A DNA stretch of 64,000 nucleotides from Actinomycetota bacterium (GTDB lineage: Bacteria; Actinomycetota; Actinomycetes; Mycobacteriales; SCTD01). The position numbers and the translations under genes were made by a program. Below the pieces are notes generated by a model. It saw nothing but the letters and a program-made list of their open reading frames with translations. It made no database searches and had not been told where the DNA came from. The DNA is taken from contig JBKOVB010000032.1 of the NCBI GenBank assembly GCA_046723735.1, forward strand, positions 11,854-75,853, read 5' to 3'. This document shows positions 56,205-64,000 of this stretch, in pieces; position 1 is the first letter of the stretch, and every line of letters starts with the position of its first letter.

Positions 56205-56888
56205 CTAGGCTCCGCTGCCGCCGCCGACCGGGGCGTCGCTGCTGCGGCGACGGCGACGGCGTGCCGGTGTCGGGGTGAGCAGCTCGGCCAGGGAGGTGCC
56301 CGCGTCGTTGAGGCGGACGAGGAACGGCCGGGTCTCGGTGTAGCGGACGACCGTCACCGAGCAAGGGTCGACCACGATCCGCTGGAACAGGTCGAGGTGC
56401 ACGCCCAGCGCGTCCGCGACGACTGCCTTGATGACGTCCCCGTGCGAGCAGGCGAGCCACGTCGCGTCGAGGCCGAGCCGGCTGTTCCAGTCACGGACGG
56501 CGGCCACCGCCCGGTGCTGCGCGTCGCGCAGCGCTTCGCCGTCCTGTCCCGGGAACACCGCCGCGCTCGGGTGCTGCTGCACGACCTTCCACAGCGGGTC
56601 CTTGGAGAGCTCCTTGAGCGATCGGCCCGTCCAGTCGCCGTACCGGCACTCCCCCAGCCGGTCGTCGACCTCCACCGGCCGGTCCCCTGCGATCGCGGCG
56701 GCCGTCTCGCGGCAGCGGTCGAGGGGGCTGGTCACGATCGCCGCCAGGGGCACGCCGGCCAGCCGCTCGGCGAGGCCGGCTGCCTGCGCACGCCCGCGGT
56801 CGTCGAGGTGCACGTCGGGGGTCCAGCCGGCCAGCACCGGGCCCGTCATGGCCGTCAGTCCGTGCCTGACGAGCACCAGCGTGCTCAC
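56205..56888 (-). CDS. Histidine phosphatase (MSMEG_4193-like phosphomutase)
   Basis: LVRHG, SPL.RC and SHGD motifs; GTGA overlap with corA. Confidence 0.9.
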   Translation of the reverse strand: MSTLVLVRHGLTAMTGPVLAGWTPDVHLDDRGRAQAAGLAERLAGVPLAAIVTSPLDRCRETAAAIAGDRPVEVDDRLGECRYGDWTGRSLKELSKDPLWKVVQQHPSAAVFPGQDGEALRDAQHRAVAAVRDWNSRLGLDATWLACSHGDVIKAVVADALGVHLDLFQRIVVDPCSVTVVRYTETRPFLVRLNDAGTSLAELLTPTPARRRRRRSSDAPVGGGSGA

Positions 56889-57916
56889 AGCCAGCCGCGC
56901 CGCTTGAAGTAGACCCACAGGCCGACGCTCAGGACGACGAGCAGCAGCGTGGAGGTCACGAAGCCGCTGTGCTTGGCGAAGCCGGGGTACGGGACGTTCT
57001 GGCCGTAGAAGCCGGTGATGCCGGTGATCACGGCCAGGATGGCCGCCCACGCCGTGAGGCTGCGCATGACGATGTTGAGGCGGTTTCCCTGCAGCGTCAG
57101 GTTGGTTTCGAGGATGGTCGACACGAGGTCCCGCAAGGACTCGGTCCACTCGGTGACCCGTAGGACGTGGTCGTAGACGTCCTGGAAGTAGGGCTGCGTC
57201 TCCTCGTCCACGACCTGCAGGTCGCGTCGCAGCAAGGTGTTGACGACCTCGCGCATCGGCAGCACGACCCGCCGCAGGAGCACCAGGGACTTGCGCACCT
57301 CGAAGCTGCGGCGCTGCAGCTCGCGCGTCCGCGGGCGCGTGTCGAACAGCACCTCCTCGAGCCGGTCGATCTGCTCGTCGAGGACCTGCACCGCCTCGAA
57401 GTGGCCGTCCACGACGAGGTCGAGCACGCCGTGCAGCAGGTGGGCGACGCTGGTGACCGGCAGCCGTGAGCCGTCCCAGCGCGCGACCAGGCTCTCCACC
57501 GGTACGGCGGGGCTGCGGCGCACCGTGACGAGCGCCCGCTCGGTGACGAAGGCGTCCAGCTCGTAGGTCGTGAGCTCGGCCGTCGTCGGGTCGATCTCGG
57601 CGAAGTACACCGAGAGGAACAGGTGGTCGGCGTAGCGGTCCAGCTTCGGGCGCTGGTGCTCGTGCACCGCGTCCTCCACCGCGAGCGGGTGCAGCCCGAG
57701 CTCCTCGACCAGCACCGCGAGGTCGTCTCCGGTGGGCGCCTCGAGGTCGAGCCAGACGATCGTGCCGGGCACCTCGAGCTGGTCGCTGACCAGGTCGACG
57801 TCGAAGCCCTCGTCGACGACGGCGCCGTCCCGATAGGCGCGGGTGTGCGCCGGGCACTGCGTGCCGTTGTGCGCACGGCACGGCAGCGCGGCGTCAGCGG
57901 TCACAGCGGAAGTCAA
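56885..57916 (-). CDS. CorA-family Mg/Co transporter
   Basis: LHPLAVED, QRPK and YFQDVYDH motifs; GFYGQN (GMN variant); two C-terminal TM helices. Confidence 0.92.
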   Translation of the reverse strand: MTSAVTADAALPCRAHNGTQCPAHTRAYRDGAVVDEGFDVDLVSDQLEVPGTIVWLDLEAPTGDDLAVLVEELGLHPLAVEDAVHEHQRPKLDRYADHLFLSVYFAEIDPTTAELTTYELDAFVTERALVTVRRSPAVPVESLVARWDGSRLPVTSVAHLLHGVLDLVVDGHFEAVQVLDEQIDRLEEVLFDTRPRTRELQRRSFEVRKSLVLLRRVVLPMREVVNTLLRRDLQVVDEETQPYFQDVYDHVLRVTEWTESLRDLVSTILETNLTLQGNRLNIVMRSLTAWAAILAVITGITGFYGQNVPYPGFAKHSGFVTSTLLLVVLSVGLWVYFKRRGWL

Positions 57917-57920
57917 GCAC

Positions 57921-58748
57921 TCACCCGTTCACGGCAACGGCGACCAGGACCGCGAGCCCCAGCGCGAGCCGGTAGGGCACGAACGTCGTGATGCGGTGGC
58001 TCGCGACGAAGCGCAGCAGGAACCAGATGGTGGCGTAGGCGACCACGAAGGCGACGAGCGTCGCGACCAGGGTTGCGCTGCCGCCGGCGGCACTGCTGGT
58101 GGCGTCCTTGAGGCCGTAGAGCCCGGCGGCGAGCAGGGCCGGGATGCCGAGCAGGAAGGACAGCCGCGTCGCGGAGACCCGGTCCAGGCCGCGGAGCAGA
58201 CCCGCGGAGATGGTCGCGCCCGAGCGCGACACGCCGGGCACCAGCGCGAGGCACTGGGCCAGCCCGATGACGAGGGCGTCGCGCAACGTCAGCGACCGTT
58301 CGCCCCTGTCCTGCCGCGCCTGGCGCTCGGCCCAGACGAACACGGCGCAGAAGGTCGTCAGGCCGATCGCCACCGTGATGAGCTGCGTGTCGATGGTGGT
58401 GATCACGTGGCGGAGAGCGAAGCCCACGATCCCGATCGGGATCGACCCCACGAGCACGGCGAGCGCGAACCGGAAGTCCGCGCGGGCCCGCCCCTCCTTG
58501 GTCGTGACGCCGCCGACGAAGCTCCCCACGAGCCGCACGATGTCTTGCAGGAAGAAGAGCACCGCCGCGGCGATGGCGCCGGTCTGGATCACGGCCGTGA
58601 AGCCGATGATGGCGTCCTTCTGGTCCTGCGTCTGGTTCGGCAGGCCCAGCAGGTGCTCGGTGATGAGCAGGTGCGCGGTGCTGGACACAGGGAGGAACTC
58701 GGTCAGCCCCTCGACGACGCCGAGCAGCACGGCCTGGCCGGTGTTCAC
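57921..58748 (-). CDS. uppP: Undecaprenyl-diphosphate phosphatase (BacA)
   Basis: GVVEGLTEFLPVSSTAH and PGVSRSGAT motifs. Confidence 0.95.
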   Translation of the reverse strand: MNTGQAVLLGVVEGLTEFLPVSSTAHLLITEHLLGLPNQTQDQKDAIIGFTAVIQTGAIAAAVLFFLQDIVRLVGSFVGGVTTKEGRARADFRFALAVLVGSIPIGIVGFALRHVITTIDTQLITVAIGLTTFCAVFVWAERQARQDRGERSLTLRDALVIGLAQCLALVPGVSRSGATISAGLLRGLDRVSATRLSFLLGIPALLAAGLYGLKDATSSAAGGSATLVATLVAFVVAYATIWFLLRFVASHRITTFVPYRLALGLAVLVAVAVNG

Positions 58749-59500
58749 GCGCGCTCCCTCCGCAACCGGCCTGCCACGGCCGCACCGATGCCGAGACGGT
58801 AGAGGACGCTGGCCACCACCGACGCCCGTGAGCGCCGTCCTCGGCGCGTCGCGGCGTACGCGGTCCCGGCCGCGAGGGCGCTCGGCAGGAGGGGCGGGAC
58901 CTGACGCGCGCGTACGGCGGTGAGGGCCGCCGCCCCGGCGCTGATGGGCAGGGACATGAGCAACGACACCCGCACCGCCTGCTCCCTCTCGACGTCGCGG
59001 GCGCGCAGCGCGGTCAGCGTGGCGCCGGACCGGGACACGCCCGGCACCAGCGCGGCGACCTGCGCGAGCGATGCCGCCAGCAGGTCCCCGTCCTCCTCCC
59101 CACGATCACGGGAGGTGCGGCGGTCGCGGTCGGCGGCGAGCAGCAGCAGCCCGGATCCCACCAGCAGCGCCGCGGTCGGGCCGGGGCGGCCGAGCCGCTT
59201 CTCCACGGCGCCGTGCGCCAGGGCACCGGCGGCAGCCGCCGGCAGCGAGGTGGCCAGCAGCCGCAAGGCGGTTGGGCGGTCGAGCGCCCGCAGGTCCTCG
59301 CGCAGCGCGAGCGCGACCCCGGCGGTGGAGCCCAGGTGCAGGCCGGCGGCGAAGCCGGTGCGGTCGTCAGGCGCGGGCCACCGCAGCAGCCACGGCAGCA
59401 GGGTCAGCTGCGCCGAGGACGAGACGGGGTAGACCTCCGCAACGCCCTGGACCAGCCCGAGAACCGCCTGCTGCCAGCGCGAAAGACCGCGGTGTCTCAG
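58745..59500 (-). CDS. Divergent UppP/BacA paralogue; probable CTG start
   Basis: In-frame GLVQGVAEVYPVSSSAQ lies upstream of the first canonical start (59266); PGVSRSGAT retained; CTGA overlap with the upstream stop. Confidence 0.7.
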   Translation of the reverse strand: MRHRGLSRWQQAVLGLVQGVAEVYPVSSSAQLTLLPWLLRWPAPDDRTGFAAGLHLGSTAGVALALREDLRALDRPTALRLLATSLPAAAAGALAHGAVEKRLGRPGPTAALLVGSGLLLLAADRDRRTSRDRGEEDGDLLAASLAQVAALVPGVSRSGATLTALRARDVEREQAVRVSLLMSLPISAGAAALTAVRARQVPPLLPSALAAGTAYAATRRGRRSRASVVASVLYRLGIGAAVAGRLRRERA

Positions 59501-60546
59501 GTGCCGACCCCGGCGAGCTCCAGCGCCTCGACCGCCGTCCGGAGGGCGGCCTTGCGTGCGTCCAGGGTGGGCGCCGCCGGCGTGAGGATCAGCGTGGTCA
59601 CGCCGGCCGCGGCGAGCTCCTGCATCCGCTCGGCGACGCGCTCCTTCGTCCCCAGCAGGGCCGTGCGCTCGACGAACTCGTGCGGCACGGCGGCAGCAGC
59701 CTCGTCGTACTTCTTGGCGAGGTAGAGGTCCTGGACCTCCGCCGCCTCCTTCTCGTAGCCCATGCGGCAGGCGAGCTGGTTGTAGAAGTTCTTCTCGCGG
59801 CTTCCCATGCCGCCGACGTAAAGGGCGGCGTACCAGCGGATCTCGTCGGCGCAGGCGCGCACGTCGTCGCCGAGGACGAGCGGCATGCTCGGCGCGACGT
59901 CGAAGCCCTCCAGGCTCTTGCCGACCTTCGCGCGACCCTTCTCGACGGACGTCAGCTGCTCCTTGCCGAACTCCGGGCTGAAGAAGATGCCGAGCCAGCC
60001 GTCGAACAGCTCCCCGGCAAGCTCGAGGTTCTTGGGGCCGACGGCCGCGAGGTACATCGGGATGTGCTCACGCACCGGGTGCACCGTCAGCTGCAACGCC
60101 TTGCCGGGGCCGTCCGGGAGCGGCAGCACGTAGTGCTCCCCCTCGTAGGACACGCGCTCGCGCCGCAGCGCCTTCTTCACGATGTCGGAGTACTCGCGGG
60201 TGCGGGCGAGCGGCTTGTCGAAACGCGCGCCGTACCAGCCCTCGGAGACCTGGGGGCCGGAGACGCCCAGGCCGAGGCGGAAGCGCCCGCCGGACAGGGC
60301 GTCGAGGGTCGCTGCCGTCATGGCGCACGACGCCGGGGTGCGCGCGGGGATCTGGAAGATCGCCGAGCCGACGTCGATCTGCTTCGTCTGGGCGGCGACC
60401 CAGGAGAGCACCGTGGGGGCGTCGGAGCCGTAGGCCTCGGCCACCCAGCAGGAGTCGTAGCCGAGGGCGTCGGCCTCTTGCGCGAGTGCCAGGTTGTCGG
60501 CGTCGTTGCCGGCGCCCCAGTAGCCCATGTTGAGTCCCAGTCGCAT
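59497..60546 (-). CDS. LLM-class F420-dependent oxidoreductase
   Basis: MRLGLNMGYWG, WVAEAYGSD, GLGVSGPQV.EGW and LYVGGMG motifs. Confidence 0.92.
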   Translation of the reverse strand: MRLGLNMGYWGAGNDADNLALAQEADALGYDSCWVAEAYGSDAPTVLSWVAAQTKQIDVGSAIFQIPARTPASCAMTAATLDALSGGRFRLGLGVSGPQVSEGWYGARFDKPLARTREYSDIVKKALRRERVSYEGEHYVLPLPDGPGKALQLTVHPVREHIPMYLAAVGPKNLELAGELFDGWLGIFFSPEFGKEQLTSVEKGRAKVGKSLEGFDVAPSMPLVLGDDVRACADEIRWYAALYVGGMGSREKNFYNQLACRMGYEKEAAEVQDLYLAKKYDEAAAAVPHEFVERTALLGTKERVAERMQELAAAGVTTLILTPAAPTLDARKAALRTAVEALELAGVGT

Positions 60547-60569
60547 GCGCGAACGGTAGCCTCCGCCGC
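60547..60569. promoter_or_regulatory. Bidirectional leaderless promoter with overlapping -10 hexamers
   Basis: + strand TAGCCT 60557-60562; - strand TACCGT 60558-60553; 7 and 6 nt from the two start codons. Confidence 0.7.
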
Positions 60570-61571
60570 GTGAAGCAGCGCCACCTGGGCCGCAGCGGCC
60601 TCGTCGTCTCCCGCCTGGCCCTCGGCACGATGACGTGGGGTGGCGACACCGACGAGGACGACGCAGCGGCACAGCTCATCGCCTTCCACGAGGTGGGCGG
60701 CACGCTGGTCGACACTGCCGACACGTACGTGCAGGGCGAGAGCGAGCGGGTGCTCGGGCGCCTCCTCAAGGACGTCGTGCCGCGCGACGAGATCCTCGTG
60801 GCCACCAAGGCGTACGGCGTGACGGGGCCCGGTCCGATGAACCGCGGCTGCTCGCGCGGCCACCTGCTCGGGGCGCTCGACACCTCGCTGGCGCGGCTGC
60901 AGACCGACTACGTCGACCTGTGGCAGCTGCACGCCTGGGACCTCATGACGCCGTGGGAGGAGACCCTCGCGGCGGTCGACACCGCAGTCGCGTCGGGGCG
61001 GGTCCGCTACGCCGGGGTCTCGAACTTCTGCGGCTGGCAGCAGGGCGCCTGCGTGGCGTGGCAGCGGGCCGTCCCCGGTCGGGCCCCGCTCGTGTCCAAC
61101 CAGGTGGAGTACTCGCTGCTGCAGCGCGGCGTGGAGCGCGAGGTCGTGCCGGGCGCCCTGGCGCAGGGCGTCGGACTGCTGCCCTGGTCGCCGCTCGGCC
61201 GGGGGGTGCTCACCGGCAAGTACCGACACGGGTCGCCCGCGGACAGCCGCGCCAGCTCGGAGCGCTTCAAGGCCTTCGTGCAGCCCTACCTGGACGAGCG
61301 CAGCGCCTCGGTGGTGGACGCGGTCGTCACCGCGGCCGACGGGCTGGGCGTCTCCCCCGTCGCGGTGGCGCTCGCCTGGGTCCGCGACCGGCCCGGGGTC
61401 GTGGCGCCGATCGTGGGCGCACGGACGGCGGCGCAGCTGCAGGCCGCGCTCGCGGCGGAGGACGTGGTGCTGCCCGAGGTGGTCCGGCAGGCCCTCGACG
61501 ACGTGAGCGCGCCGCTTCTGGGGTATCCAGAAGACGTGCCACGCTGGACGTCGGACGACGTCGAGACCTAG
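60570..61571 (+). CDS. Aldo/keto reductase
   Basis: LALGTMTWG, DTAD.Y, ATK, DLWQLH and PWSPLG motifs. Confidence 0.94.
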   Translation: MKQRHLGRSGLVVSRLALGTMTWGGDTDEDDAAAQLIAFHEVGGTLVDTADTYVQGESERVLGRLLKDVVPRDEILVATKAYGVTGPGPMNRGCSRGHLLGALDTSLARLQTDYVDLWQLHAWDLMTPWEETLAAVDTAVASGRVRYAGVSNFCGWQQGACVAWQRAVPGRAPLVSNQVEYSLLQRGVEREVVPGALAQGVGLLPWSPLGRGVLTGKYRHGSPADSRASSERFKAFVQPYLDERSASVVDAVVTAADGLGVSPVAVALAWVRDRPGVVAPIVGARTAAQLQAALAAEDVVLPEVVRQALDDVSAPLLGYPEDVPRWTSDDVET

Positions 61572-61591
61572 CCACCGGTGAGGGGGCGCTG

Positions 61592-61783
61592 ATGGCCGAA
61601 TGGGAGTACCGGGCGGTGCAGCTGCCGCTGGGGGCGACCGCCCGTCACACCCGCGAGATCCTGGGCATCCACGCCGAGTTCGGTGGCTGGGAGCTCGCCC
61701 ACCATGCCGTCTGGCCCGACGGGAGGCGCAAGGTCACGATCCGTCGTCGCCTTCGGCCGGAGGCGCCCCCTCTGCCGACCTGA
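61592..61783 (+). CDS. DUF5703-like small protein
   Basis: WEY...HAEFGGWEL......DG.RKV..RRR; GAGGGGG RBS. Confidence 0.8.
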   Translation: MAEWEYRAVQLPLGATARHTREILGIHAEFGGWELAHHAVWPDGRRKVTIRRRLRPEAPPLPT

Positions 61784-64000
61784 GCGGCCCGGTCCGCAGC
61801 CGGGAGCGGGTGAGCAGCACGGTTGCCTGCTCCACGCTGAGCGGGGGTGAGTAGAGGTAGCCCTGGGCCTCCGCGCAGCCCATCCGCTGGAGGTACTTCT
61901 CCTGCCGTGCGGTTTCCACCGCCTCCGCCACGGTGCGCAACCCCAGCGTCTCGGCCACCTCCAGCAGGGCCCGGACCAGGCGGCGCTGCCGCAGGCCCGA
62001 CTCGATCCCGCCCACGAACGACGGCGCCAGCTTCAGGCCGTCGAGCGGCACGCCCTGCAGCGTGGCCAGCGAAGCCTGGTCGCTGCCGAAGTCGTCGAGC
62101 CAGACCCGCACGCCGAGGCTGCGCAGGCCGCTCAGGGTGCGGATCACGTCCGTGTCGCCAGGGCGGACCGAGGACTCGCTCACCTCGACGACCAGATCGG
62201 CGGCGGGCAGCCCGGTCTCGTCGAGGACGTCCTCCACCTCGTCGACGAGCTCGGCGTGGTGGAGGTCGGCCGCGGCGAGGTTCACGTGCGCGTGGATGCC
62301 CACGTCGGTCGGGTAGAGCTGCTGCCAAGCCCGGACCTGCCTGCAGGCCTCGCGCAGGACCCACGCGTCGAAGGCGTGCACAAGCCCGCGCCGCTCGGCC
62401 AGCGGCAGGAAGTCGTCGGGCAGGACCTCCTCACCTGGCCGCGGATGCCAGCGCAGCAAGGCCTCGAGCCCGGTGACCCTGCCGGATCCCAGGTCGACGA
62501 CAGGCTGGTAGAGGACCTCCAGCCGCTCCTCCTCCAACGCCTTGCGCAGCCGGCTCTCCAGCTCGCGCTGCTCCTGCAGCTCCGTGTTCATGCCGGGCTC
62601 GAAGACCTCGACCCGGGCCCGGCCCGCAGCCTTCGCGCGGTACATCGCCGTGTCCGCGTCACGCACGAGGTCGGGTTGCTCGGCGTCGCCAGGCGTGGAC
62701 GTCACGCCCACTGAGGCGGTCACGTGCAGCCGACCCACCGAGAGGTCGTACGGCGGGCCCAGCGCCGTCACGACGCGTTCGGCAACCTCCTCGGCCTGGG
62801 CGGCCGTGGTGCCCTCCAGCAGGATGGCGAACTCGTCGCCGCCGAGCCGGGCGGCGGTGTCGGCGGGACGCAGGACCGTTCTGAGCCGGTTGGCGACCTC
62901 TCTGAGCACCTCGTCGCCGGCGGCGTGCCCGACCGTGTCGTTGACGTCCTTGAACCGGTCCAGGTCGATGAACAGGACGGACACGTGCTCGTGCGGTCGC
63001 CTCGCCCGGTCCAGCGCGTGCCTCACCCGGTCGTCGAAGACGCGGCGGTTCGCAAGCGACGTCAAAGGGTCCACGAACGCCTGCTGCCGCAGCTGCTCCT
63101 GTTCCGCTGCCCGTTCGCTGATGTCGCGGATGTTGAGCACGTGACCGCGTCCGAGCTGTTCGTCGTTGATCGCCGAGCAGGTCGCCTCGACCTCGCACCA
63201 CTGGTCGTACCGGCACAGCAGCCGGAAGGCCGCGGTCGCCGTGCCCGGCGGGCGCAGCGACGCCAGCGTGGCCTGCGTCGTGGCGCGGTCGTCGGGGTGG
63301 ACGAAGTCGAGCAGGTGGCGGCCCAACAGCTCGTTGGCCGGCAGCCCCAGCAGCTGCCAGCTCGCGGGGCTCGCGTAGCTGAAGCGGCCGTCCTCGCCGA
63401 TCATGGCGATCACGTCGGAGGAGTCCCGGAGCAGCGCGCGCACCTGCGACTCGTAGCGGCGCACCTCCGCCGTACGGTTCTCCACCCGCCGTTCCAGCTG
63501 CATGGTGATCGTGCTGTGCTCGATCAGCGTGACGCCCTGCCGTGCCAGGACGAGAAGCACAAGCAGCGCACCCATCACCAGCAGCGGGTGGTCGACGTCG
63601 CGGTGCTCGGCTATGAGCGCGAAGGTGGTGCCCAAGACGATGACGATCGCGGCGGACGGTACGGCGAGCGCCACCACCCAGCGGCGCCGGATGCTGTTCT
63701 CCGCGCGTCCGTCCCGGGGCCGGAGAGCGGCCAGCGCGAGCAGCAGGAAGGGGCCGACGTGGCCCAGGTCGAGCACCGGGTCACCCAGCTCGTAGGTGTC
63801 GCGGAACAGCTCGACGCCCAGGGCCACCTGGCTGGCGCTCAGCCAGACGCCGGCGAGCGCAACCAGCAACGTGGCTCGGTCGCCCGGCCACCGGGTCGCG
63901 AGCATGACGGCCATCGACGCGACGAGCAGGGCGCCGACCTCGAAGACCACCAGCGTGGCCTGTTCCGACGCCCCGGCCTTGGTGTCTTGGAGGGCGGGGC
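61734..64000 (-). CDS. Membrane-anchored PAS-GGDEF-EAL diguanylate cyclase/phosphodiesterase; 5' end probably outside the window
   Basis: TM helices, PAS (VHPDD), RLGGDEF, EALLRW and DDFG motifs; frame is open to the window end. Confidence 0.93.
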   Translation of the reverse strand, partial: PALQDTKAGASEQATLVVFEVGALLVASMAVMLATRWPGDRATLLVALAGVWLSASQVALGVELFRDTYELGDPVLDLGHVGPFLLLALAALRPRDGRAENSIRRRWVVALAVPSAAIVIVLGTTFALIAEHRDVDHPLLVMGALLVLLVLARQGVTLIEHSTITMQLERRVENRTAEVRRYESQVRALLRDSSDVIAMIGEDGRFSYASPASWQLLGLPANELLGRHLLDFVHPDDRATTQATLASLRPPGTATAAFRLLCRYDQWCEVEATCSAINDEQLGRGHVLNIRDISERAAEQEQLRQQAFVDPLTSLANRRVFDDRVRHALDRARRPHEHVSVLFIDLDRFKDVNDTVGHAAGDEVLREVANRLRTVLRPADTAARLGGDEFAILLEGTTAAQAEEVAERVVTALGPPYDLSVGRLHVTASVGVTSTPGDAEQPDLVRDADTAMYRAKAAGRARVEVFEPGMNTELQEQRELESRLRKALEEERLEVLYQPVVDLGSGRVTGLEALLRWHPRPGEEVLPDDFLPLAERRGLVHAFDAWVLREACRQVRAWQQLYPTDVGIHAHVNLAAADLHHAELVDEVEDVLDETGLPAADLVVEVSESSVRPGDTDVIRTLSGLRSLGVRVWLDDFGSDQASLATLQGVPLDGLKLAPSFVGGIESGLRQRRLVRALLEVAETLGLRTVAEAVETARQEKYLQRMGCAEAQGYLYSPPLSVEQATVLLTRSRLRTGPLRSAEGAPPAEGDDGS

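Overview
High-GC actinobacterial chromosome segment, probably at the replication terminus because a 28-bp dif-like site sits at 4644-4671. Most of it is conserved core gene order: gcvP, rbpA-fxsA-ppm1-lnt, lat/aldehyde dehydrogenase, helY-tatC-tatA, pafBC, the full Pup-proteasome locus (pafA, prcA, prcB, pup, dop, arc), trmI, metH, PAC2, mshC, corA and uppP. An accessory block at about 15.7-21.2 kb holds a nuclease remnant, an oxidoreductase, two PAS-LuxR paralogues and a GGDEF-EAL protein with a recombinase-like DNA-binding tail. The strongest unusual signal is an endonuclease VII (His-Me finger) gene between pup and prcB. The last 23 pup codons are synonymously AT-rich, and the endonuclease gene supplies the RBS, start and first 27 codons of prcB, which is the pattern expected of a free-standing homing endonuclease with a co-converted target. 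Other observations: a 53-bp MIRU-like mini-ORF bridging pafB and pafC, an uppP paralogue that seems to need a CTG start, a 23-bp bidirectional leaderless promoter, widespread leaderless promoters, and SigR-type and PafBC-type promoter motifs. No rRNA, tRNA or CRISPR array was seen. All family assignments are from motif recognition, not database searches.
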